Origin: Tubiluchus corallicola | Taxonomy: Eukaryota; Animalia; Priapulida | Assembly (NCBI GenBank): GCA_030141605.1 | Contig: JAQGDQ010002384.1 | Location: forward strand, 1 to 64,000 | Length of the DNA: 64,000 nucleotides | Direction of reading: 5' to 3' | Part shown: positions 25,031 through 39,184 of the stretch, one piece after another | How the letters are laid out: each line of letters starts with the position of its first letter | Position numbering within the stretch: the stretch's first letter is position 1 | Made by a program: the position numbers and the translations under genes | The notes under the pieces: model-generated | The model's input: the letters and a program-made list of their open reading frames with translations, nothing else | What the model was told of the DNA's origin: nothing | Databases searched by the model: none

Positions 25031-28000
25031 TACTCATGGGATTGAATTAAGAACGCCCGCGTTCACACGTGTCTGTGTTGTCTAGTCATTGGTTTGAATT
25101 CCAAAGGTTTCTGGTTCAAATATATTGTGTTCACTTTACCAATAACTGATAATCTCGAATTTAAACTTATAACTAATTAGCTAATTATTTTATTTAATTA
25201 CTTTCCAGAAGTTCCAAGTCATCTTCATGACTACGATTCCTACGTGCGGTTCTGCTTTTACCCGGGGGAGGCAGCTCGACGTCCCGCGCCAGCCACGTTC
25301 TTACCAGAAGACATCGACCCCTCAACTTGCACGCACATCGTGTTTGGATACGCCACAATATTGGATAATGAGCTGACGGCCAAGTCAGAGTCAGATTTAG
25401 GTAAGTTGCTTGTTGCAAAGTGCTTTTGCCAATATGGTGTTATTGTTTACCATCCAAAGAAATTTCTGTGCTCATTGCGATGATGATGATGATTATGGCG
25501 ACGACGACAACGATGATGATTCAGCTTTAAGTAGAACAGACAAACAAAGCTGCAATGAGATTTTTTATTGCCCACGATAAATTACGAATTACAACTACAT
25601 AACAGAGATTAGTCACACAGGGCAACTACACGTAGCATTTTTTAATTTTTTTATATGACTGTCTTTCGTATCGAACACGCAACCTCCTGTACGGAGCTCG
25701 GACGTTTTACCTATCAGGCTACGCAGCCACTGTATTTGCCTAAGTGTTTGAAGAGAGACAGTACGACGTGACTATTAAACGAATACACAACATTGTCGTT
25801 CTGGCTATTGAGATTGCAAGCTGAGGTAAAAAGGTATCGAGGTTTAGGGACTGAAGTCGTGGACACTGGGTAGTGGGTTTTGAGTTTAAACAGGTACTGT
25901 GGGTAGAAATACCAAAAAACGTCAGGTCTATTTTATACACTCCCGAAATACTTTTCAGATTGCACGCAAAGTGTTAAAATTACTTGAAGATCACCAGTCG
26001 AATATTCATTCACGAAAAAAGGTTTATAAATAGAAGTAAATAAGTATAATCATTTTACTAGTTTTACAATCTGTTCACAAACCTACTAAATTGACAATAT
26101 GATAAAAATCATGGTTTTTTGGTTCTTTTCTTAGAGAAGCGGTACGAAATCTCGACTTCACACTTAATCGCATTTAGATATAGATCTAGTAACTAATTTA
26201 ATCTACAGCCAAAGGGAAGAAATAAAATGAGGTCTGCAACATCTTGATGGCTCTGCTTGTTAAATGGTTTCAGCTTATCGTAGCCCCGAATGCACCACTC
26301 ATATTTTACGCCTAGCACACGAACGCAGCGCACCCTGTGCTTAACTCCCCAGCCTGTGGTATCATTGATGACTTTCTTTTCTGGCTAATTATCACATTGG
26401 ACACAATTCAATTCAATTCAATAATTTTTTATTTGGCTGATTTGCAACACAAAACATTAAACTATATACGTAATGATAGCAACAATGCGATAACAAAAAC
26501 AGGTATGGTTTGAAAATTCTACAGAGTAGGATCGTGAACTTTCCAGACTCACCCCGAGACATGTCTTCTGTTCCTGAAATGGTAACTCGCGTAATTTCGT
26601 AACTTTGAAGCTCGTAGCTCTAATTTTAAATGCTTTTACTCACTTTCTGCATATAGTATTTTTTAGCACTTCTAGTTTTAGTCTAGGTAAATTTTAATTG
26701 TATGTTTTTGTGGCTTTTATGCTGAAATAAATAGTACAATGAATGGATCAATCATAAATCAATCATTCTGACATGCTCTTCTCCTCACTTCTTAGCTTAA
26801 CAAACCCAAATGAGGTTCAGTTTTAGTTATTTCAATGGCAAATAAAAAAAATTGATTTAATTTTGCTTTAATTTTGTTGCGTTTTTCCAACTTTTTTGTT
26901 AAATGATAAAGCACATAAAAATTGACGATATAAAACACATTGAAAAATCCCTGGTAAAGACCTACTTAACAATAACCAAGGTACACGGTGCAAGAAAGCA
27001 ACAAACTGAACAAAGACCTGATCAAGTAAAAGTGCATTCAAAGCTGTGGTACAAGGAAAAAACCTAATGAAGCAATGAGTATTGAAGTAACTTTCCACAA
27101 ATTTTATATTTTGTCAGAATTTCAAGAGGCCATTTATGCACTTTAACCCATGTCACAAAAATGATGTGTCGCATTCATTGTTAAACCAAATTTTGAGCTA
27201 AACGTTTTTTAAAACATCGTTATTGCATTGTTTAAGACGCTGGTTGGGCTTTAAATTGCTATTTGCAGTAATACCTAACTAAAAAATCCGTTTGCACTAA
27301 CTGTTTCTGTCGAAGCATTTAATAAAATTCTTTTTTAGAATTGTTTCAGAGAATCCTGGCCCTAAAAAACCAAAATCCAGATCTGAAGGTACTGCTAGCA
27401 GTAGGCGGTTGGGCAGAAGGTTCACAGCGTTTCAGCAATATGGCGTGGTCTCTCAACTCACGTCTTACCTTTGTTAATTCTGTACTTCATTTCCTGAGAC
27501 AATATGGTTTCGATGGACTAAATGTCGACTGGGAGTTTCCGGGCTACGAACGAAGAGGTGGACATCCTTCAGATAGAGACAATTTACCACTGCTCTTAGA
27601 GGTATTGATATAAAAATATTAGTAGTATTTGACAGGCTATAACACTCTAACTGCTTTGCTCTTGAAATTCATCTTTTCAAGCATTTTAAAGCAGGTTGTT
27701 AGTTCTGCTAGTTGACCGTCGGTTCTTCGTGTCTATATGGTGTAGTTTTGGCTTGAACAAATTAATGCAAAGTGAGGACTCTTCTTACCCAATATCTCTG
27801 TGTCAATTTTAAATTTATGTACAATTGTGTGTTTAATTTTTAGGAGCTTCACAAGATCTTTACGATGGAAGCCAAGTTTTCCGGCAACAATCAACTAATC
27901 TTGGCCACCACGATACCGGGCGCTAAATACTGGATAGATTTGGGTTACGACATCCCGAAAATCTCTTCGTGCGTTTATAAATACGTTTCTTATTTTTGAT

Positions 28001-31000
28001 GAAAATAATTGGTACTAATAACGCTATTTAAAAGTTGAATTATCAGTGAATGATAAATTATTATGTAGAAGATAACCGCCCTGCAGGTCAAGTGACTAAC
28101 CTCAAAATTGTCCTTGAAATCTATCATCTACTACCATTAATCCTTGCAAAGCGCCTTGTGTAAAAAACATCTCTGGTTATTTGTGCTCAAAGAGAAAAAG
28201 CTTCTCATAATATTCTTGATTTCTAAATGCAGGTTTAGTGATTATTTACCAATGATGACTTATCACCTTAATGGAATATGGAACAAACACGCTGGTCATG
28301 GAAGTCCTTTGCATCCTCACTCCTACGATGTGGACAAAACTGCGAATATTGTAAGTGAAGAGGTCGCCTTTGAAATATCTTTGTTTTTAGTAATTTCAGT
28401 TAAGTGTAAGACAACTTGGAAAATCACACACAAGCAAGGGCAGCATTTTTGTGTCATGTGTGTGAAAGGGATAAATTATTGGAAAATCACGGAAGCACTT
28501 TTGAGACTAATAGCTATGAAGATGCGGTATGATCGTTTTCCTTAGATAACCTAGTAATCTTCCATGCCATATAGTGTTCCTTGGTTTTTAGGGTACTTGG
28601 ATAACCTAATAATCTTCCATGCCATGTAGTGTTCCTTAGTTTTTAGTGTACTTGGATAACCTAATAATCTTCCATGCCATGTAGTGTTCCTTAGTTTTTA
28701 GTGTACTTAGATAATCTAATAATCTTCCATGCCATATAATGTTCCTTAGTTTTTAGTGTACTTAGATAACCTAATAATCTTCCATGCCATGTAGTGTTCC
28801 TTAGTTTTTAGGGTACTTAAATAACCTAGTAATCTTTCATGTCATATAGCGTTCCTTAGTTTTTAGTGTACTTAGATAATCTAATAATCTTCCATGCCAT
28901 GTAATGTTCCTTAGTTTTTAGTGTACTTAGATAATCTAATAATCTTCCATGCCATGTAATGTTCCTTAGTTTTTAGCGTACTTAGATAATCTAATAATCT
29001 TCCATGCCATATAATGTTCTTTAGTTTTTAGTGTACTTAGATAATCTAATAATCTTCCATGCCATGTAGTGTTCCTTAGTTTTTAGTGTACTTAGATAAT
29101 CTATTAATCTTCCATGCCATGTAGTGTTGCTTAGTTTTTAGTGTACTTAGATAATCTAATAATCTTCCATGCCATGTAGTGTTCCTTAGTTTTTAGTGTA
29201 TTTAGATAATCTAATAATCTTCCATGCCATATAACGTTCCTTAGTTTTTAGTGTACTTAGACAATCTAATAATCTTCCATGCCATATAGCGTTCCTTAGT
29301 TTTTAGTGTACTTAGATAATTTAATAATCTTCCATGCCATATAGCGTTCCTTAGTTTTTAGTGTACTTAGATAACCTAAATCCTATTATCGTTGCTTTTT
29401 TTTAAGGAATTCATCGTCCAATATTGGATAAACCATGGAACGGATCCAAAGAAATTGCTGCTGGGAATTCCTCTTTTTGGACAGACTTACACTCTCCAAG
29501 ACCCATCTGACCACATGTTAAATGCACCTATTGTAGGAAGTGGCAAGGCTGGACACATGTATCAACAGGAAGGAATGATGCCGTACTACGAGGTTTGTGC
29601 CCACAAAACTTTGCTTGAGCTTATTCTTATTAAGATTTTCGGCTTCTTGTGGATTGGTAAACACCAATCTTATTACTGCTTAAGTGATAGATTTAGCCAA
29701 CTGAACAACTGATAATGCTTCTTGCGAATATTTTTTGAATGACTTACAGATCTACGTCTTCACTCATAATAAATGAATAAATTACGACAAAATTTGCAGA
29801 TTATAAAGATTCGCAAATCTGTTTCGGAAAATTCACAAACATTTTAATGGTACCAATGTGCGGCATTTGTCACATTTGCAAATAAATAAAAATTGTGGTT
29901 TATTTCTATTAATTTTAATGACTTGCATTACTTAAATCTTTTGTAGGTGTGTTCTGAAGTGATGCCAAGCTATGAAAGCTTTTGGGTTGAAGATCAGCTT
30001 GTTCCATTTGCTTACAAAAATGACCAATGGATTGGCTACGAGGATTCAAGGAGTATTAGTGAAAAGGTAACAATCCTTTGCAGTATATTTGGACAAGTTC
30101 TAGAACTTCCATCACCAAACTTTCACTAATTTTTTTGTACGTATTGTTGACCACAGTTAGCATTCAACTGGTTACTGATCACCAACTTTTGTAATTTTTG
30201 CAACGCATTTGCATGTTATCAACGGGCCTCATTTTTCCCTGACTGACAATAGGGTTCGTCTAACTAGTTTTTGTTTGTAGGTCAAGTATGTGATCGACAA
30301 TCACCTTGGAGGCGTTATGGTCTGGGCATTAGGTTTTGATGATTTTAAAGGTCATTGTAATCATGGAAGGAATCCTCTGTTGACCACAATAAAAACAGAA
30401 TTGCTGGAAGTGACACAGGTGACCTATGTAATCCACACAAAATCTTCAAATGTTTTACAGCAGTTGCCGCACAAGTATGAAACGGGTGCAGTAGAACCAC
30501 ATTATGCAACATCACATCACGGTGAGACGTACAGGCGTCATACTGTGCAACATCGGCGACACTACGTACAACATGTATCCCATCAGCAAGAAGGACAACA
30601 CCCTGTTCATGGATATGATGAGCACCATGCCTACCATGGGCACAGTCGCAGTCGCAGAGTGGAGTCATCATATTCACGGCACGGGAATTATCACGATGCG
30701 TATCCTCATCAAACACAAGGAAGTTACATACCATATCAAGAACACGAAATGATTCCCCACGAAACGTACAATTACGAAACATATCCACACAGAGATGCAT
30801 ATGAAGTCTACCCTAGCAACAGCTATCCTTATGACGCTCACAATTATGTAATATATCTGCCGGAGCAGTATGACGTGCACCCTCATCAAACACATGAGAA
30901 TTACGGTGCATATTCAGCACATGGACAGTATGATGATTTCGAAGTACATCCTCGTGAAAGTTCTGAAATATATCCAGTAAACGAGCCGCATGCGTACCCT

Positions 31001-33433
31001 TATGAAAAAAGCAATTATTACGATACTTACCCTGGGTCTGAACTCTATGAAGTTCATCCTTATGAAAGTTATGGTTATGAAACACACCCTGATGAACTGT
31101 ATGCTGAACATGGACATTATGAAGGGCATCCTCGTGAAACATACCCTGAACATGGACATTATGAAGGGCATCCTCGTGAAACATATCCTGAACATGGACA
31201 TTATGAAGGGCATCCTCGTGAAACATACCCTGAACATGGACATTATGAAGTGCATCCTCGTGAAACATACCCTGAACATGGACATTATGAAGTGCATCCT
31301 CGTGAAACATACCCTGAACATGGACATTATGAAGTGCATCCTCATGAAACATACCCTGAACATGGACATTATGAAGTGCATCCTCGTGAAACATACCCTG
31401 AACATGGACACTATGAAGTGCATCCTCATGAAACATACCCTGAACATGGACATTATGAAGTGCATCCTCGTGAAACATACCCTGAACATGGACATTATGA
31501 AGTGCTTCCTCATGAAACATACCCTGAACATGGACACTATGAAGTGCTTCCTCATGAAACATACCCTGAACATGGACACTATGAAGTGCATCCTCATGAA
31601 ACATACCCTGAACATGGACACTATGAAGTGCATCCTCGTGAAACATACCCTGAACATGGACATTATGAAGTGCATCCTCGTGAAACATACCCTGAACATG
31701 GACATTATGAAGTGCATCCTCATGAAACATACCCTGAACATGGACATTATGAAGTGCATCCTCATGAAACATACCCTGAACATGGACATTATGAAGTGCT
31801 TCCTCATGAAACATACCCTGAACATGGACACTATGAAGTGCATCCTCATGAAGCGTACCCTGAACATGGACACTATGAAGTGCTTCCTCATGAAACATAC
31901 CCTGAACATGGACACTATGAAGTGCATCCTCATGAAACATACCCTGAACATGGACACTATGAAGTGCATCCTCGTGAAACATACCCTGAACATGGACATT
32001 ATGAAGTGCATCCTCGTGAAACATACCCTGAACATGGACATTATGAAGTGCATCCTCATGAAACATACCCTGAACATGGACATTATGAAGTGCATCCTCA
32101 TGAAACATACCCTGAACATGGACATTATGAAGTGCTTCCTCATGAAACATACCCTGAACATGGACACTATGAAGTGCATCCTCATGAAACATACCCTGAA
32201 CATGGACATTATGAAGTGCTTCCTCATGAAACATACCCTGAACATGGACACTATGAAGTGCATCCTCATGAAACATACCCTGAACATGGACACTATGAAG
32301 TGCATCCTCATGAAACGTACCCTGAACATGGACACTATGAAGTTCATCCTAATGAATTATATCCTCATGAAGAGTATCCTGAACATGGACACTATGAAGT
32401 GCATCCTCATGAAACGTATCCTGAACATGGACACTATGAAGTGCATCCTCATGAAGAGTATCCTGAACATGGACACTATGAAGTGCATCCTCATGAAACG
32501 TATCCTGAACATGGACACTATGAAGTGCATCCTCATGAAACGTACCCTGAACATGGACACTATGAAGTGCATCCTCATGAAACGTATCCTGAATATGGAC
32601 ACTATGAAGTGCATCCTCATGAAACGTACCCTGAATATGGACACTATGAAGTGCATCCTCATGAAACGTACCCTGAACATGGACACTATGAAGTGCATCC
32701 TCATGAAACGTACCCTGAACATGGACACTATGAAGTGCATCCTCATGAAACGTACCCTGAACATGGACACTATGAAGTGCATCCTCATGAAACGTACCCT
32801 GAACATGGACACTATGAAGTGCATCCTCATGAAACATACCCTGAACATGGACACGATGCATATGAAAGCTATCCAGGCCACTATGATACGTATCCATCAC
32901 ATGTTTCCACAGTTGGTATTCCATTTCCACACCATACAGCTTATTCTTATGAAGGGTATCCTACAAATCAATCCTATGAACAATATCCACGTAATACTTA
33001 CAACGATTATGAATTACCTGGTACTGTTGGACACGAGACATATCCCAGTAATACTCATGGGGGCGAAAGCCTTGGCCCAGTAGTTGCCCAGGAAGAGCAG
33101 AGGCCATATAATCCAGAATTGGAGGAAACAAAACTTTCGGATTCCGGTTCATCTGCTTCTGGAAGAAACGGCGCTGTGGGAATGGCTACAGAAAGTACGC
33201 AATGTGAGGTGAAAGGACCAGGTCCCTCTTGCTCCGGACATTCGCACATGGTAATGGCAAATCCAATAAACTGTCGCAAGTACTATCTATGTCTGTGGCA
33301 GAACACACCCAATGAAATGCGTGTTCCAATGAACTGCCCGGAGGGAACAGTCTTTCATCCATTCAAATACATGTGTGATGATAAGGAAAATGTTGATACA
33401 TCCGTAATATGTAAATGTGGAGAAGAGTCGTGA
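23806..33433 (+). CDS. Secreted GH18 chitinase(-like) protein, about 1408 aa: signal peptide, GH18, His/Tyr/Glu/Pro repeat region, CBM14 (ChtBD2)
   Basis: Phase-consistent exons 23806-23875, 25209-25400, 27339-27601, 27844-27968, 28233-28350, 29407-29592, 29947-30066, 30281-33433. Motifs: DIDPSTCTHIVFGYA, KVLLAVGGW, FDGLNVDWEFP, KLLLGIPLFG, QWIGYED, GGVMVWALGFDDF; C-terminal NCRKYYLC...NCPEGTVF...CD. Confidence 0.95.
28541..29378. repeat. 55-bp intronic minisatellite, about 15 copies
   Basis: Unit TTAGATAATCTAATAATCTTCCATGCCATGTAGTGTTCCTTAGTTTTTAGTGTAC fills most of chitinase intron 5. Confidence 0.95.
31105..32855 (+). repeat. Coding 42-bp tandem repeat (14 aa, HP[H/R]ETYPEHGHYEV), about 41 copies
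   Basis: In frame within the last chitinase exon. Confidence 0.97.
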
Positions 33434-34634
33434 TATGTAGCAGTAGACTAATTTGTTTTTGTGTGCCAGTCCTTGCTGTTTACCTGTGACCATGTTTAAT
33501 CCCTTTTCAAAAGTGGGAGGAATAGTGTCCTAGTAATGCTTAGCAGTATCTTTTTATTACCTAGATCATTGGAAATAAATGTAATTGACTAAAGCAGCAA
33601 CCGAATTGCAACAGCGGAAAACTGATAATTTCATTTCTGCCTTTTTGAACATCATCGATCAGGTTTTATTACTTGAGGTAATATTTTTTTTAAAAGGAAA
33701 CACTTGTTTTGTAGCTGAGCAGAACTTCCTTAGCCTTTCGTTTAAGACTTTGGTGCTCGGTACTCTTGCTGCTTATGCCCAAAACAACTAGACCTGCTAC
33801 TGCCGGCAAAAGTATATTTTTTCCAAAGTTACTAGTAGAAGCTTTAGTGTAGTTCTATAGCTTTATTTACAGTATGTTTTAGTGATAGTATTTATGTTGC
33901 TAGTAGTTGATTTAGGCCAAAGCTACAGAGCTATAATCTGGTTTTTTTCCTTCATTAGCTGGTTCTGTTTCGATTACTTTATTCCTCAAACTGATTTTAA
34001 AAACAAGTGATTTTCTCAACATTATTATCTGTATATTCGTGCCAAAATTTGGGCATCGTTAACTTATTGATTATAATGATTTCAGTTTATAATTCCTAAT
34101 ACAATTTAAATTACGCGTAAGTTCAAAATTTAAATAAAAAGAATTTTTGTGCATGAAATTAATGTTATGTTGTTATAGCAACGTTCACTTTGTTGTTGAT
34201 GTTTTGTCGTTTATTGTTAAGACAGAATGCATCTTTTGCATACCGTTGTTGTTATCCTTGTTAATAGTATTGTTATTATTTTTGCATAAAATTGATTTTG
34301 AATTATGCACATTCTAAAGCGAGCAAAATGACATTAAGATTGGAGTACACTGTAAAAATGAATAAAAATTATGCCCAATAGCGTAATTTTTGTAATTCAG
34401 TTTTATTAATAAAGCTATAATGCAAAATCGTTGAGTATTATGATAATTTTTATTATTTGTACAAAAACTACATGTTGTTATCGCAATTGTGACATTTTAA
34501 GGCCGTTTTTATATATTTGTAATAAATCTATATACAAAACTAATTCTAAGGACTTAATCCAACAGTAAAATTTAACATTGCAATTTTTTGATAACCGGAA
34601 GTAAGTAATGCTTCATGCATGCCCTGAATTTAAC

Positions 34635-36966
34635 TTAATAACAATAACATCGTTGGCCACCTACTGGACGATGTAAAGTGTTATCATGGCGAATCGGACT
34701 CGTTGAATATCCATGCTGTCGGTATTTACTGGGATGGCCGTAGCTGTAATCGTCGTTAGCATATCCGCCATTGTGATAAGTTTTCGTTGATGGATAATCG
34801 TAGCCGTAGCCGTCGTAAGAATGGCTTAATATTGGTCGAACTATGTCGTACTTGTATAACGTTTCTGGTTGATAATATTCATGGCCTTCCCTAGGACAAG
34901 AAGCAAAGCATTTAATTATGTTCATCGACTTGTTAATTAAACTATATTAACCCCGATGTATATACTCGGTGTAGCAATAGATGCATTTCAAAAAAAGAGT
35001 TAAAATTCAAGCGAGACCACGTGACTAAAATACACATGCAATCGCTGCAGTTGGGTGTTTAAATAAACTTGTTATTCTTTATAGTAAAATATTTCGTTAA
35101 AATATTTTTATAGTAAAAGAGAAATAAAAAGCGGTTTCTACTGAAAAATTTTCGTATGTCTACGATTTAACTTCTAATAAAGTCATAACTTACTTTACTG
35201 ATATTTTGGTAATTGGTTAAAAATATATTAACATAGCTTCTGTTTTAATAAATTTAATAATTTTACGAAGTGCACTGTAGTGACATCTATTAACGAATAA
35301 GTTAATTAATCAGTGTTCTGTGCCCACTGCGAACCTTACAAACTGGTTTTAGGCATGATTGCGTTATCCATCGTTAAACAAGAAATTTAATAATCACGAT
35401 CAAGTGAATTTAAACAAGTGAACAGCTGTTTTAAAAGCAAACAAACTAAGTATGATTTCAGTAACACTTGATTTCAGACAATGTTGTTCATATAATTTGC
35501 CAGATAATTACTATCAAAACAATTTGTTACTTTTTGGCGCTTGTTAAATTGCAAAACAATATAATAAGTTTCAGCCGTTTTGAATTATAACTTTAGTTTA
35601 GTTTTGTTTAGTTTTGTCTGTATGCTTACTTGTAATCGTAGTCGTAACCTCTAGATTTTGCTGAGGTCTCCTTCGCGTAGGATTTATCTTGACTAGTCAA
35701 AGTTCCGTGAGCCCGACCAGAGCGAGAAAATGAGGTTTCGCTACTTTTCTGCCCATCTCCTTCCAACTTGCCTTTGCTCACCGGTCCGTACGTTGTGGTG
35801 TGAAAATAAGTTTTTGGAGCTGGTGCTACTTTGTGATAGGCTGCTGTGTTGCCCTTATAGCCGTGTGGAACAGCACCTCCGGGAGCAAACGCCACATCGT
35901 TCCGGTACGATGGCCCACTGGCGCTTACCATGCTAAGTACAGCAACGGCTAGAACGGCAACAAGAATCGTATCCCTGCAACGAAAATTTGCATTAGCCTT
36001 GTGTTAAGTGCACAGGTAAGAAGTGTATCATCATCATGATCATCGCCGTCGTCTTCATCGTAGTTGCATTCATCATTCGTCATTATCATCATCAAAACAG
36101 CAGCAGCAGCAACAGCAATAGCAACAACGACAACAACAACAACAATTACTTCTACAACTACATTACTATTACTGCTACTGCTACTAAAACTACAACAATA
36201 ATTACAACAACAGTAGCATGATTAACAGTAACAACGACGGTAGCATCAGCAACAAGCAACATCAACATTATAACTACCCGGAACTGGTATTTGCCAGATG
36301 ATAAAGTTCCCAACTCTTACAAGCATGGGTCTAAATTCAACTTAAAATTTGAAACAAAAACTTTTGCAAAATTTAGATTTACAGTTTAAGAACGTGGTCC
36401 TAATTCTGAATTTTCGCATCTTTTTAACATGTTTATTTAAAAAATCAATTAATTGAATAAGCTTTGAAATCAGTAATGAGCATAAGTATCCACTTTTTTA
36501 AAGAAAATTGCACAAACGTGGATGTAAAAATACGTCAAAAGCTTGTTGTGCGCTTCAGTACTAAGTTCGCACTATAATTTGCAAATTTTACAAATAAATT
36601 TACATTTCATTATTAACAAGAAGATAATATTATTAGATAACATTATTGTAATCCTTTTATAGAATATTTCAATTACAAGCTGTTATTTCGATACTATTTT
36701 TGTAGTTTTAAACTTCAAATCAAACGTTTGCACATTTTTTTTTAAATTGATTATTTATGCTGACTGCTGAATTGAGCAAATTAGACTAGACTGCTGATCA
36801 AAAATTTTAAACTTGCTAATAAAAAACATTTTCAGAAAATGAATAGGACTCTGTGCATCGTTAATTTATAAAGCTAGCAACTAAATGACTTTTTACAGAT
36901 TTATCAAAATCATTCAAACGTTTACATCAAGTTTTGAAATAAAAAAACAGTTACTCGCACTTACAT
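34635..36966 (-). CDS. Small secreted Tyr/Gly/Ser/His-rich protein, about 200 aa, candidate structural matrix protein
   Basis: Exons 36966-36965 (AT), 35974-35630, 34890-34635 are phase-consistent. Signal peptide MDTILVAVLAVAVLSMVSA; low-complexity body (YDGYGYDY, GGYANDDYSYGH) ending RCYCY*. Confidence 0.8.
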
Positions 36967-37016
36967 TTTGAAGTTTTGCTCTCTGACCGTAGGCCTGCGA
37001 TTGTGGAACAATTTGA

Positions 37017-37054
37017 CAACTGTGGCAGTCGGGAAAATGTGGAAAGCATTTATA
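37017..37054 (-). promoter_or_regulatory. TATA box (TATAAAT) and initiator-like CAGTT of the Tyr-rich gene
   Basis: TATAAAT at 37054-37048, about 30 nt upstream of CCACAGTTG and about 85 nt upstream of the split ATG. Confidence 0.6.
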
Positions 37055-38102
37055 GAGGCCAATTAGAAACGTCCTCCAAATGATAGCGGTCATGGCGTAA
37101 AAACTGGGTGCCAATTTCAGGAAAATGCACTAGTTTCTGGGCGGAAAATTACCATCGTTAGCGTATATACAGGATATTAAGCCCTACATTTATAGACAAT
37201 AACGCTGTGTTAATGTTTAAAGGTTTCCAGCAAGAAACACGGGTTAGTTGTTCGTTTTTTTCTATTTTTATGTGTTAGGCAAACGTGGACACCAAAACTT
37301 TAGTATAAATTATCGAAACTTCAGTATAATGACGAATTGGTTTATGACAATTTATAAGTGACTCCTCAATTAGACATATTACGTACGTTGTGTTTCAGGA
37401 AATGATAATTCGTTGTATTTTCTAAAAAATAATCATATGTATCTGTAAACTTAATAAAGATTTAAATTGTTTATTACAGAAAAATATCCGTTTCATAGAC
37501 AGATCATTGTATAACAAGTTTCAATAAATTTTTATTAGAAAAATGCAGTGTTTCTACTACATCATTTCCGGCCACCCGTCTTACTTGAATACACAGTTAC
37601 TTTGCAAACCTTTCAATTATTATGTCTTTTTTCGCTATATTACATCAACCCATATACATTTGTACCTCTAATGATATCGAAAAAGCAAAATATTTAATGA
37701 CGACTACGTGTTTTAACAAGCTCGGTTATACGTGTTAGCAACTTGTGCAACTTAGCAACAACGAACATGATAGCAACTTTTTGACATTTGTTTTAAACTT
37801 ACGAATTCTAATTAATATTACTCTAATTAATAGCAGTTGTGAATTGAGTTCGATTCCTCCAATGTTCACTGTTTAAATAAGTACTTGACTGTGGTTACGT
37901 TGTGCTGATGCTTTGCTGCTGTTATTCACTATGAGATTTTGCAGTATTATTTGTTCACTTAACATGCTTCATTCAATAGGACTTTCTGGACAACCCAATG
38001 CCCATTCTTAAAAGTTACGTCTCTTTGCGGTGTAGAAGGTATTGGGTTCGACTCTTCAGTCCCTTATAAGCATCTCGTTGACAAAACTAATGTCTAATGT
38101 GT

Positions 38103-38227
38103 CTAGACATAGACATAGACATAGACATAGACATAGACATAGACATAGACATAGACATAGACATAGACATAGACATAGACATAGACATAGACATAGACAT
38201 AGACATAGACATAGACATAGACATAGA
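38103..38227. repeat. (TAGACA)n hexanucleotide microsatellite
   Basis: Directly visible. Confidence 0.97.
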
Positions 38228-39184
38228 ACATTTATTTTCTCCAATTAGTTTAACATCAAACGTTTTTTAAATATTAAGTAATTATAATCATGGAGCAGGG
38301 CAGGGAAGGACCGTAGGGTCTTCTAGTCTCCTGCCATTTCTTATAAATAGATTAAGACATTAAAAATTAACGGTGATGCTGCAGATAACAAAAACAAAAA
38401 CAAATAAGAAAAAAATAATAATAAAAACAGTATAAATGATACAAATTATTCAAAAAGAACTGAAAACAAAAAATAATAAAGTTAGATCTAAACAAAACAA
38501 TACAATTATTCAGTAATTAGGATTATTATATGTAGTAGTTTCAAATGGGGTCTTATTAACAGGGGAATTTGGCCAAGGTTAGTGAGTAAAGTTAAAAACT
38601 GAGAGTACGGAAAGAAAAAAATAAGCATAAAAAGTGTAATATAGAAAAATTTATGAGAAAAAGTAACTATGAGAAAGAGCAACAATTACTTAGGAGATGA
38701 GTTTACTCTAGGTAAACTAATGTGTGGAATTATAGTACTAGTTACAAATTAGTCAGTGCGTGCCCTTGAGATGTATGCAACTAAGCAGAGTAGGACTAAA
38801 CCCAATAATTATTTGTAAACCTGTAAATTGGTGAGCAAGCTTCGCAGTAAACCGTTTGCCGTAAAAATAGATGCGCATATTATGAACAATACCAAGTTTT
38901 AAATACGAATACAGAATTTGGAGATTCTAATGTGAATTAAACGAAAAATTCAAATTTTCAAAAAATATCTTTTATCCATTAAGTTAAATCATTACTGACT
39001 TTAAAAAACTGTTCGATACCTTTCTGACACTTTAAATCGTTTTCTCTTGATTGGAAGTTGAAGTGGTGAGAGCGAGTATCTGTGCACTATCCTGATTTTT
39101 TTGTATTTTTAATTTCAATGCCAAAAATGTTTGCTTGTTCATGTACATCATATCTATGTTAACTCGTCTTAAGAAACTGCTAAT

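Noticed and set aside
28541-29378. CRISPR-like regular repeats (also 19670-20310, 44315-45085, 46860-47265)
   Set aside because: Head-to-tail units without unique spacers, no cas genes, eukaryotic context.
30813-33083. Long overlapping ORFs in other frames and strands of the chitinase repeat
   Set aside because: A 42-bp unit lacking stops stays open in several frames; only one frame joins GH18 to CBM14.
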